Origin: Diplonema japonicum
Lineage: Eukaryota; Protista; Euglenozoa: Diplonemea
Assembly (NCBI GenBank): GCA_964019335.1
Contig: OZ025665.1
Location: forward strand, 62,001-126,000
DNA: 64,000 bases
Direction: 5' to 3'
The notes beneath the pieces are model-generated. The model was not told the DNA's origin. It ran no database searches and was given only the letters and a program-made list of their open reading frames with translations. The position numbers and the translations under genes were made by a program. Below, piece by piece: positions 22,818 to 33,542 of the stretch; the first letter of the stretch is position 1; each line of letters opens with the position of its first letter.

Positions 22818-24227
22818 TTAAGAAGGGACCTTCGTCTCTTTCCTTCTTCTTGCGGGGGACACAGACTGAGAGTGGATCTTTTGCAAGCGGCGAGAAAGCT
22901 CGGACGCGAAAACCTTCTTGTTAGTGCCCCTGGGAGATGCTGCACGACGGGAAGCAGACTCAGAGCGTTGGCGGCGCTCGTTAGTCTGATGCCATGCTTC
23001 GGTCTCGTCGATGGCAAGTGTGATCTTATGTGCTTCGACGATGGCACCCAGCTCTTGCACAGTGGCGCGCAACAAGCGCCTGTCCTTGGCAAGCTCCTCG
23101 GTCAGTGCCCTGATCGAGCCTGTCCTCTCTGCTGCGGAAGGGGCCTCGCGCTCCTCGTGAACAGGCTTGCTTGAAGCTGGCGACGAGGGCGACTGTGATA
23201 AGCTGTGGACCCTTGTGTGCATGCGTGACCAGTACGCCTTGCGGCACCCTTGAAGATGCTTCCGCGCCCGCTCCTGGCCTTTGTTAATAATCTGCTGCCT
23301 CTCCGGCCATCTAGTAGAGTCATCGTCGTCGCCGTCGTCTATCTTCATGACGGGGACCTGCACGTCGGCACCAGCCGTTTCATAAATGTCCTCGCGTATC
23401 CTAGGAGAGGTGTGGAGGCGGGGCGACGTGTCGCGCGGCGCAGTGGGCGGTGCGGGCGGTGTTCTCGTTCGCCGCCTGCTCCCGTCGTCGCTGTGCCCCT
23501 GTGTGATCGGAGAGATGGTGGTGTCGAAGTGTGCCGGGCTGAACCCCAGCACGTCACCGCGTTCGTTGTTTGGAGTTGCAGCATACTGCTGCTGCTGTGG
23601 GGGGTATTGCTGGAACTGTTGCTGCTGCTGCTGGTGTTGAATTGCAAGCTCGATTTTCCGCTGAATGGCTTCTTGCTGCTCTTGGATTTCTCGTTGCTGC
23701 GTGACCAGACCAGAGATAACATCCCCTACAGAGAGCGGAGATTGCGTGTCCACAGTCTCTTCCGTCTGCCATTTGATCTCCCTCATGGGGTCCTCTCGTG
23801 TGGGTGTTGCACTCCCTGTGGGCGATCTTGACCCGGAATGCTGGACAGCTGGGACGGAACCTACTCGCGGTGGTGTGATGCCCTGCCCACCAGGACCCTG
23901 CCCAGGGCGGCCAAGAGAAGATGGAACGGAACTAGGCAAAGGTGGGCTTGCAGTGTGCACAACCGGCTGGTATGCAGCCCACTGCTCTTCTAGGGCTGAA
24001 TCCGCACCAGACTGCACCATAGCCAGGCCTGGGCGAAGCTTTCTAGGTGGTGTCGATGGCCGGGCTTCTTGAGGTTTCCCTATTCCGGGGACAATCAAGG
24101 GCTCATCAGGTGGTGGCGGGTCTGGAGCCTTCCGCGTGGGTGTCCTCACCGACCCTTCGCTCTGCCCCCTCACCTTCTTGTCAAACTCCTCCTTCCTCTC
24201 ATTTAGAGCATTGATAAACGCTTCCAT
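22818..24227 (-). CDS. Hypothetical Pro/Ser/Gln-rich protein with coiled coils
   Basis: 469-aa ATG ORF co-directional with its neighbours; no recognisable domain. Confidence 0.75.
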   Translation of the reverse strand: MEAFINALNERKEEFDKKVRGQSEGSVRTPTRKAPDPPPPDEPLIVPGIGKPQEARPSTPPRKLRPGLAMVQSGADSALEEQWAAYQPVVHTASPPLPSSVPSSLGRPGQGPGGQGITPPRVGSVPAVQHSGSRSPTGSATPTREDPMREIKWQTEETVDTQSPLSVGDVISGLVTQQREIQEQQEAIQRKIELAIQHQQQQQQFQQYPPQQQQYAATPNNERGDVLGFSPAHFDTTISPITQGHSDDGSRRRTRTPPAPPTAPRDTSPRLHTSPRIREDIYETAGADVQVPVMKIDDGDDDDSTRWPERQQIINKGQERARKHLQGCRKAYWSRMHTRVHSLSQSPSSPASSKPVHEEREAPSAAERTGSIRALTEELAKDRRLLRATVQELGAIVEAHKITLAIDETEAWHQTNERRQRSESASRRAASPRGTNKKVFASELSRRLQKIHSQSVSPARRRKETKVPS

Positions 24228-24396
24228 AGTTTCTTAAAAGGGCGGGGTAAAAAAAAAGGGGGGTTAACAGGTACAAATACACTGAAAAAATCTATTCCTG
24301 GAAAAGACCGTTCGTAGAAAGGAGCAAGAAAATATTTGGAAGAAAAAAAAAATTATGAAACAACGTTTGAAGATAAAAGAACCTCCTCCACTATTC

Positions 24397-24768
24397 TTAT
24401 AACCACCCAAGACTGCGAAGGAAGCTCTTTGGCAACGGGGGGGGCTCAACACCCTCCCGATGTTTCACTGGAATATGTGATGTCTTGCGTGCCTAGAGAT
24501 GAGTGTTATTTGGATATTCTTTACAGTTCGGACACACCTCTTCTCCGTAATGCCTCGACGACAGCAGGGACATGATGGAAAAAAAGCCCAAAACGCCTGC
24601 CACGATGTAGATCCCGTTATTCCCCATCGCTTCTCTGCTCCCTGCGGGAGATGCTTTATTCTTTTTCTGAACAGGCGCCTTTCGTTGCACCTTCAAAGCA
24701 GCCATCCCTGTAACCGGAGGTGGCTTCGCCTTAAACACACTACCAAGGAACTTTCTCACTGCAGCCAT
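24397..24768 (-). CDS. Small single-pass membrane protein, ~108 aa; intron 24493-24537
   Basis: Basic N-terminus, one TM helix (IYIVAGVLGFFSIMSLL); GTGTGT..CTAG intron gives the ending ...FLRSLGWL*. Confidence 0.6.
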
Positions 24769-25210
24769 ATCTAAATAATTTTGTTTTGTTTCTCTTTTCC
24801 TATTTCTTCGTGCTTTTTTTACTTATTGATGCTTAAGGATTCTGGTACATTGGAATAAACGTGGAAAAGATACAAACAATTTTACTTTTTTTTTATTTTC
24901 TCTCTTTTGTTTTCCCTTGCTTTATTTCTCTTTTTCGTTCTTCTGACCACTGGAGTTCCTCTCTCTAACAAATAAAAGACTGGAACTGAAGATTTAAAAA
25001 AAAAAAGAGCGAAAAGGCGCCTGAATAAACGTATTTTACGCAACCACGTGATGCACAACCCCCCCCCCCCCCCCCCCCCCCGGATATGTCCCTTGAGTGC
25101 ACTGCTCTAACACCAAGGTCTGAGCGCGTGTACAGGCTAATATACAGGTACCTAACTGCCCTGAGACTGATAAATACTGATCTCTTTGGGCTTTCTTGAA
25201 TTTCTTTGTC

Positions 25211-25828
25211 TCACCTTGCAGGCGATATCTTTATGGTGGTTGTCGTCGGGCTGCCTGCTTTCCACCTGACAGGAGACACGTTAGGACTTGCATAGCTGGT
25301 GGACATAGGGGAGATATCGTAGAGAACTGTGTTGAAGGACTTCAGGGGGGAGTGTAGAGCGGTGGGGAGACCGCCACCGCAGACTGCTGACCCACCGCCT
25401 GAGGATGACGCTGCCCTTGGTGGCGGAGTTATGACAAGGCAAACAGTGAATGTTTGCGTGTCGAGCAAGGCTTTGATATTATCGAGAGTGCTGATTGCCT
25501 TTCCATTGCATCGCACCACCTTCCAGTCCAAGTAGCCCCCCAGCCCTCCCTTCTCTGCAGACCCACCTTCCAAAACCCCTTGTATCTGCAAGTTCGCATC
25601 GACTGTTAGCCCAAGCCCACCTTCCTTGTTATGCAACAGCTCAAACACCTCCCCTCCAGGAACGTCCTCCGCCACGTCCTCCTTCATCACGTCTAACAAC
25701 GGCCTCGGGACCTCCTTCAGCTTCTTCACAACTTCTTCCGTCTCAACCTCCTTCTCGCTCTCCTGTTTTGTCGCTTTTTTATTCCATGGCCACTCCCACA
25801 GAGGTATATCGTCCACCTGACGCACCAT
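25211..25828 (-). CDS. PDZ-like domain protein
   Basis: GLGLTVDANLQIQGVLEGGSAEKGGL..W.VVRCNGK PDZ-like pattern; first ATG at 25828. Confidence 0.7.
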   Translation of the reverse strand: MVRQVDDIPLWEWPWNKKATKQESEKEVETEEVVKKLKEVPRPLLDVMKEDVAEDVPGGEVFELLHNKEGGLGLTVDANLQIQGVLEGGSAEKGGLGGYLDWKVVRCNGKAISTLDNIKALLDTQTFTVCLVITPPPRAASSSGGGSAVCGGGLPTALHSPLKSFNTVLYDISPMSTSYASPNVSPVRWKAGSPTTTTIKISPAR

Positions 25829-25977
25829 GTTCACATTCAAAGAGAAGAAGAAAAGAACTGGGTTGCAAAGCTCAGCAAATCAGAACAATTTCACTATGAT
25901 ATATGGAAGCGAAGTGGTTAGCAACGGCCCAACTAATAATGAAGAAGGAGAAAAATGAAAGGGGGGTGTAAACCGCC

Positions 25978-27684
25978 CTACGCGAGAGTGACGATGTAAG
26001 TAGGGTAGGCTTGGTGGCCCTCGTAAACGACGAACATTGTGGCCTGCAACGGGTCGAAGGTGTTGCAGGTTGTGTCGTGATGCTTTGAAGGCGCTGCAGA
26101 GTCTTGCGGAGGCGTCACGACAGCAGGGTTGTCGCTGTAGCAAGATGAGCCCACACAGACGAGGGACATCACGATGAAGGGAGGCGGAGAGGAGGCAGAG
26201 GCTACCGCCTGTGAGATTGACGCGTAGAAGTGTCGTCCATTACCCCAGGGACCTGTTCCGTAGGACTTGCAAGGGACTCTCCTCCCGGTGCCAAATCCCT
26301 TGTGGATGATGAGGGCTGCTTCAGTACGGTCGACTGCGGTGAATAAAACCTGCTCATTCAAAACACCTCCATTCCGAGTCGCAACTCCCTGCCTGCAATG
26401 CAGATATTGTGCCCACAGGTCTTTATTGCAAATCCTTTCTAGCCCGTACATGTCATACCCGTCCAGCAGCTCCATCACGTGTAACCCTTCCTCCTCGTCC
26501 ACTCCGATGGGCACCACTTCTACCGTGTTCTGTGTTGCATCCCATCGTCCCCGGAATGCAATAGCCTCTGGTGACCCGATTCCTGTCGCCACCAAGGGTG
26601 CAACCGGCGTCACAGTGTGAGACATACGCGTGCAGTGTGCCACAGCGCGTGAAAAAATATCCTTCGAAAGACAAGACTCCCCTGATTCGAGAAGCGCCTG
26701 CTGGTGGCACTTCGGTCCATTTGGACATTGGTGGATGTAGATGGACATGTGGTGCAGGGACGTATCTTTGCAGCTTTGCCCCAGGGTGCAAGGCTCCGTT
26801 GGTGTCTCTATCCATTCCGCGCAGTTTATGCGGCAAGGTAGTTCGTACCCGTACGTCCGATGCTTTATGACCGTGTTGGTTTCATCGATCATGAGGAGGG
26901 GTGACCCCTCTAGGTCTGATAACAGCAACGGGCGATTTAATAAAGGGTTGGAAGTCAGGTTCGAAGGTGGGCATGGGACCCTTAAGGTTATTGGTTGTCT
27001 TATTAACGGAGAGACCTTGTGGGTGAGGGGGTTGCGAAGCTCCATTGAGACGAATTCCACAAGAAGGGTTTCGCTTTGCCACATCACAGTGCATCGTGTG
27101 TCCATGGAGGTGGTGTACCGCAGCTCAATCAGCTCGTTTAGATCCCAAGGAAATGCGCAGTGCTTGCCTTCCTCTTGCAGCACCGCCCAACAAGCCTGAG
27201 GTACTACCAACAACTTCTGCACCGCTCTCGACCTAACGCACATCGTGCCTTCATCCAAGTCAGCGTCACGCCAGCCCTTGCCTAGCCGCCAGTTTGATGG
27301 ACCGTGGTAGCCGACGGGGCGCTCCAACCAAAACCACTTCAATTGAGGTTCTAACCCAGGGTGGCCTTGTGAGAGTTCACTGCCCTTCGTGGTAAAGTCA
27401 ACATGGAGCTTTGAACAGAATGTCCCCAAGCGGCACCTCCCCTTATTGTGGTGGAGACAGATGTCCTGGACTTTCTTCATTCGCTCTTGAGCGACGGCAG
27501 TCCTAGGCTTTGCAATTTCACCGTCTTCTGAGCTCGTGCTACTACCACTGTCCATATATTCTTGCGGCGGAGGAATAAACCCATGAACAGCACCACCCGA
27601 AAGAAAATCTGCCACCTCCATGTCCCGTACTGCCAGTAAGTGCCTACATTGCTGCTTACGGTAGCTCACACGGTGCTTCGGCAT
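25978..27684 (-). CDS. CCCH - WWE-like - PBZ-like - PARP-like (probably inactive) protein, PARP12/ZAP-like architecture
   Basis: CLHHNKGRCRLGTFCSKLH (CCCH); W..FPWDLNELIELRY..VEFVSMELRN (WWE-like); CTLGQSCKDTSLHHMSIYIH (PBZ-like); ERICNKDLWAQY, NEQVLF, WGNG.HF and FVVYEGHQAYPTYIV (mono-ART fold). Confidence 0.8.
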   Translation of the reverse strand: MPKHRVSYRKQQCRHLLAVRDMEVADFLSGGAVHGFIPPPQEYMDSGSSTSSEDGEIAKPRTAVAQERMKKVQDICLHHNKGRCRLGTFCSKLHVDFTTKGSELSQGHPGLEPQLKWFWLERPVGYHGPSNWRLGKGWRDADLDEGTMCVRSRAVQKLLVVPQACWAVLQEEGKHCAFPWDLNELIELRYTTSMDTRCTVMWQSETLLVEFVSMELRNPLTHKVSPLIRQPITLRVPCPPSNLTSNPLLNRPLLLSDLEGSPLLMIDETNTVIKHRTYGYELPCRINCAEWIETPTEPCTLGQSCKDTSLHHMSIYIHQCPNGPKCHQQALLESGESCLSKDIFSRAVAHCTRMSHTVTPVAPLVATGIGSPEAIAFRGRWDATQNTVEVVPIGVDEEEGLHVMELLDGYDMYGLERICNKDLWAQYLHCRQGVATRNGGVLNEQVLFTAVDRTEAALIIHKGFGTGRRVPCKSYGTGPWGNGRHFYASISQAVASASSPPPFIVMSLVCVGSSCYSDNPAVVTPPQDSAAPSKHHDTTCNTFDPLQATMFVVYEGHQAYPTYIVTLA

Positions 27685-28109
27685 TTTATTCTTTCTCGGT
27701 TTCCTCTTTACATTTTCTGCTTGAGATAAGGGTCTTTTTGTGTCTAATAAGGGGAGGGCAACAAAATAAGAAGAAAGGTGTTCCTCTATGGCTTTTTATT
27801 TTTCTCTTTCTTTGTACGGCAACGTTCCATTTTCACTTTAGTTTCGCTTTCAAAATCTCGGCAAACACCCTTTTCTGGAAGCTCCAGAAAACCGGTCAGA
27901 AAAAAAAGAAGAAAAAAGATAACTCCTGAACTACCGAGAAGGAGGCGAGGAGGGGAGAAAAAACTGTGAGAGAGGGGGTTTATTTTTTCATGGTTATTTC
28001 CTTTGTTACGCTCGAATAAAGGAAGAAGAAGAAAGAGAAAAAAGGTGAGAGAAAAATAAACGAGCAAAAAATAAAATAACGGAAGGGAAAGAAAGGCAAG
28101 GAGTCATGT

Positions 28110-29700
28110 TCAAAGAGAGCTCATCAGCTTGCTGTCAAGGACGAGGGGCTCCCCTTCGCCCAGGCCTTTGGTTAATAGTTCCCATTTCTCGGCAACATCA
28201 CCCAAACCCTCTCCAGCGTAACTTACCAAAGGAGAGATCTCCACGGGACGGTCGCCAACCTGAACGCCAGCTGCGAGGAGCCAGCTCTTGTGAAGGGACA
28301 GAATATCTTTTGAAGCAGTCTTGGGCGTGTCCTGTATTTGTTTTATTCGTTATCCCTTTGTCCATACTCTCGGTTTGTCATCACCGTTCTTAATTGCGCT
28401 GAACTCGGTAGTTCTGTCAACCTGAAGTGAAGAGTAAAACCAAAACAAAAAGACAAGCACACCTGCAGCAACCCAAACGAGTCAGCAGCAGCGAACGCAT
28501 CAAAAATAAAAGTCTCCAGCTTTATCCCTTTCACAGGCCCCTCAATGGTGGGGATGTCTTTGACGGCAAGGTGCCAAATCGAACCCCTGTTATTTATTTT
28601 GTATTCTCCTTTTAAAAAGGCAAACAATACCTTTTGCAGTACTCCAGGGCGGGGCCTGCGAGAAACTTCAATGAGTAGCAGTGGATGGCAGGGTTGGCTG
28701 CTCCGTACAAGAGGCCACCCTCCGGGGTGGTCTCTTGGGCCCGCTCGGCTCCGATTTCAGAATACTCGATAACACCGTAGCGTTGGTTACGAAGAGCGAA
28801 GACACCCACAGCCTCAGAAGCGTCCTTCTTGGGAATAGTCTTGGCTGCAGCGTCTACCTTGCGGGCTGCGCAAAAGCCGTAAAAGACAGGGTCTGCGACC
28901 TTGATGAGGATGTTGTCCACTGAGTAGACCTGCACCCACTCCACACCCCGTGCCGCCATCCAGTCGAGAGTGCCCGATCGCTGTAGTGCCGTGTAGATTC
29001 CGCCATTCCCATCAGGCGACATGGAGATATCACCTTTCTTCGCCAACAGTATCTTTCCATCTTGGTCCAAAGACGGCATCCTCCCTTGCATGAAAAACCT
29101 GATCTGGCTGCTTTCCAGCCCGAAATAATTCTGCTCTTCAAAATACGCTTTTGTTGCATCGTGTGTAGCATGAGACGTCATCACAAGCCACGCGATGCTT
29201 GGGTTCGACTCCGGGAATGCGGACTTTGCCAACGTCTCCAATCTCTTAATCTTCTCGGCTTGGAAGGCGAACAGTGACTTCCCTCTTGGAAGGTCCATCT
29301 TCGCACCCTCCACACTAGAATCACCGAGAATTCCTTTAGGGAATGTCGAGCCCAGTCGTGTGCCTTGACCGCCTGCCATGACAATCACTGCTGCTTTCGA
29401 CTCTGCGATTTGTTGAAGCCCGAGAGTATTCCATCTTTCAGTCTCCTCGGAGTCGGCACCGACGACACCAAGGTCCTTCTGGTTAGCTGGTTCAATCTCC
29501 TTATTATCCTGTTTTTCTGCCGTCCAGCTGCTCTCACCTACCAACTCGGAGAGCGCAACACACCCGACCCTTTCTTCTATTTCATTCACTTGCTCGCACA
29601 GTGTTTTCCTCTCGTTCTCACTCAGTTCGTCCCAATACCTAGTCACCTGCTCCTGGTGACACTTCTTCAGCAATGCTTCTGTCTCTAAATTCGCAGGCAT
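28110..29700 (-). CDS. UAP1: UDP-N-acetylglucosamine pyrophosphorylase, ~489 aa; introns 28587-28630, 28422-28462, 28332-28367
   Basis: MAGGQGTRLG..PKG, SPDGNGG, YSVDNIL, VIEYSE; the spliced 3' exons give KLETFIFDAF, EFSAIKN and VEISPLVSYAGEGL. Confidence 0.93.
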
Positions 29701-29803
29701 TGTGTTTCACCCTTTTCTGCGTGAGAGGCAATTAAAGAGCGAAGGGGATACAAGAAAATGAAGAAAGACCAATATGAAAAACAAAGAACCAAACTGCAGG
29801 GCG

Positions 29804-29836
<33 letters not shown>

Positions 29837-30122
29837 AATGAAAAAAGACAAAACTTCAAGAAACAGAACAGCGGGAGGGGAAAAGGGGACCGTCAGAGTC
29901 TTTTCTAAAAAAAAAACAGTTCTTTCTTTTATAATAATGGTACGAGTTGCGTTCCGAAACAAGAGAAAAGAAAAAAAAGAATGAAAAAGACAAAGAGCTT
30001 GGAAGGAGAGAGGATAGAAGTGTCTGTTGAAGGGAGGAAGGAACATTACGGAAGTGATCTTCTTCTGATCTCCCAAGCTTTTCTTTATTAATTTGCTTTT
30101 TCATCTTCTCTTTTACTTTTCC

Positions 30123-33100
30123 TTACGGAAGTGATCGTCTTCTGATTTCCATTTTGAGGTCTGCCACTCTCTGCGCATACAATCGTGTCTGCTCGCGGTT
30201 CAAACTCAGTAGCCTTTCCTTGTTTTGGAGCTGCTTTTTGAGCGCTTGGACGGCATCAGTGAGGTGTTCGTGCCTTGAGTGGAGTTCATGGTTTCGTTTG
30301 CTGAGGGATTTGGGGAGATGGGAATAGCTAGCAGCGGTGGGCTTCTCTCTGCTTAAAAGCTGGTGTGCAGCAATCGGCTGTGAATGCTCGTACGCAGGGC
30401 CTAACGGAATCAAACCTCGTTGCTCGAATAGTCCAGTCCGTGCGAGCCCTTCATGGACTGCTACAATGCACTCTCCCATCTTTGCAAGACGGGCTTCTTC
30501 AAGGTCTTTTGTAGTCTTGACAGGTACCCCATTGGCTTTTGTGATCACCATGCCTAGTTTTATCATTGCAGGGCATGTCGGGTCCATCCAGGTCACTTTC
30601 AAGTCTCTGTCATACTCGAGAAGGCCCAGCGCCGTTGTGATCGCCGCCGTGTCGAGCGCTGCCCCGTCCTCCTTCCACATTTTAACAGCAGCTTCTTCTC
30701 GGAGTGTCTGCCGTGCTGACTTAAGAAACCTCATTACCGCAACGATGTGACACATGTTAGTCCCTGCAATGACGTGCAGCAGCGTGCCCTTGTGTATCTC
30801 TTCCTCCATCAAGAGGATTGAGCTGATGAACGTCGCGATATCGCCCTCTGGGGTGAGGTACACCAAATTGTCAAGAGCATCTTCCAATGCAGAAATAAGA
30901 ACCCCAATCTCGTTCACAACCATCGCCGACGTCATCATGGCTTCATACTCTGCGTAGCGTGTCTGCATGATCTTCAAGCTCTCCGTCTGAATAGGCACCT
31001 TGTAGGCACAGGGGATCGTATTCATTGGCCTTGAAGGACCATTCGCCTTCGCCTCGACTTCATTCAAGCACGTTCTTAAGAAATCCATCATATTGCAAAC
31101 CAGAAGCCCGTCCACAAGCTTCTCATTCAAATAAACTTCGGATGTCTTTGATGTCACTTTTCTCTCTACAAGTGCCGAGTACAAGCAATCCTCTCTGTGC
31201 AAAGCCTTTTCATTAAACAACGCAGTTAAGTCACCCAAAGTGACAAGCAGCTGTAATTTACTTTAAATTGAAACCAGATGGGTAATTTATACCTCTTCAC
31301 TGCTCTGCTCTCGTAGTGCCTGCTCTACATTGTCTATAAGCTGTTCTGGTATTGGCTCAGAGTACTTGTTCAATTTACCAGAAACCTGTTTATTGAATGA
31401 GTCCAAATGGATAAATTACGTACCAAAGCTTTTGCAGCTTGCAAAACCCTTTCCTTCAAAACGGGCTCAGGTGGACTCAAGTACGTAAAAACCTGTGATT
31501 TGTGTTTGATTTTACTGATGTTGGACAGTTTACTCTGGCGGTTTAAATTGCAAATGTAGTGGGTCAGTGGTTGGTTGGACCACAAAAAAGTACACATGGC
31601 CGGGATTGAACCGACGATCTCTCGCGTGTAAGGCGAGCGTCCTAACCACTAGACGACACGTGCTTTCGATATTTTCGGGGGTAATTTTGCACTCCGCTAC
31701 CGCGAAAATGATCAGGGCTCAAAAAAAAAAGTGTGGTCAGGGAGGAGAAGCACATCGTGGCTGGCTCATCGGCAAAGCCAGCGGACATCCTCCTCCCGAG
31801 CGGGATACAAGGAAACGGCCACGGGCTGGCGGTGGATGTGACGGTGGTGCACCCGAGGACGGTGGGCAACCTGGAACAGGCCTCAAAAACTGCTGGCTAT
31901 GCTGCGAACAAGGCCCAGGAGGCGAAGAACAAGAAGCACATGGAAGCGTGCAAGGAGGCTCACAAGCAGTTCCGCCCTTTTGCGGTGGAAACGTTTGGGG
32001 GGTTGGCAGGGCAGGCCAGGGAGTTCTTGAAGGAGGTGGCATCTGAAGCAGCGAAGAGGACGCGACGACACAGGGTGGAGGTCTTCAACGACATGAAGGC
32101 TGCAGTGTCGGCGGCCGTGGTCAAGGGCGTGGCGAGGGCGGCCATTAGGAAGGGGAAGGTCCTGGTGGAGAAGATGGAACTGGACTTGGAAGCGGAGCAG
32201 CACTCCCAGGAGGAGAGGAGGGAGCGGGAGGATCAGGAGGCGATGGAACGGGAAGCTGCGGCTACAGGAACGGAGGAGGAGGTAGCTGAGGCGGCGTTCT
32301 ACCTGACAGGGATGGCTGCTCTGGCCGCGGCGAAGGCGGCGGAGAACAAGTTCCAAGAGGAGGCAGAGAGGAGGACCGCGAACCTGGCGGCCGCGGCGGT
32401 GGTAGCAGCAGCGTCAGCGGCAGCAAAAGCAGCGGCGGAGCGGGTGGACGCGGAGATGGGAGAGGAGGAGACAGGGAGCGGCACAATCCAAAACACAAAA
32501 GCTGGCCCTGTGAGGAGCGGAGAGGAAGGAGGGGCCCGGAACCAGGGGGCGGTGGATGGCACAGAAAACAATCAAACAGCTAACCAACGCACCGAGGGGA
32601 AGGACCAGCAGGCAGAGACCACGACAGGCACAATCCAAACACACACAGCCGACGGGGTCGAAGCCGAGGACGCACAGGGAAGCCAAGCCATTCTCCCGGA
32701 GATGGAGTTGCGTGACCCGAAGGAGCCGTACATCATCGTCGCCACGCACCACGGGGATGTGGTCGCGGAAGGGGAGACCCAGTTCGACGCACAGGAGTGG
32801 CTCCAGAGGGTGAAACAAGTGATGGAGGAGTGCAGCGGGGAGGAGAGTGAAGAGTACTCCCAGCTGCTGCGCGACGAGTGCACCACGTCGGACGGGGGAG
32901 AGGGGAGGCTGTACGATCTTGTGGCGAGGATAGAGCAAGCACAGGAGGTCCGGCCCGGAGGCAGGAGGGTGACTATCTTCCCAACGGGGGCGGAAGAGGG
33001 GGTGAGCTACACTCTCAGTACCCGGCCCGGCGTGGATCCCGAGGTGTTCAGGTGGAGGATAGTCGCGAGCAACATGGCGAACGGCACCGAAGGGAACCTG

Positions 33101-33511
33101 CACCTGGTGAAGGTGCAAGAGGAGGGTGGGGAAGTGGTCCCCGTGGCGGAGTACCAGAGGGTCTTGGAGGCGCGGAAAAGACACAGGGATTTCGCGGCGG
33201 GGATGAGGCGGGTGAAACAGGAGGAAGGGGCAAACAAGAGGCAGAGGGAGGGGAGCGAGGGGACGATGGTGGGAACCCCGGACGGGCAAGGGAAGTCGGT
33301 GGAGGTCCAAAAGTCCAGGAAACAGCTCGCCCCTGCGCGTGGGGTGGAGGCGCAGGAGGAGATGGACACCTATGTCGGGAGGTTGTCACCATCATCTTCG
33401 GAGGGGGGCTCCCAAAGCGCGACCCCCCGAAGCCCCACCCTTCAGATGGAGGGGGTTGATGACAGCGAGTATAATTGAGAGGGATAGTTAAATAGGGAAA
33501 ACTACAAAGAG

Positions 33512-33542
<31 letters not shown>

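Noticed and set aside
30123-31238. Stand-alone 371-aa gene
   Set aside because: Starts at TTG and joins in frame through GT-AG introns to the RNF213-like ORF; treated as its last exon.
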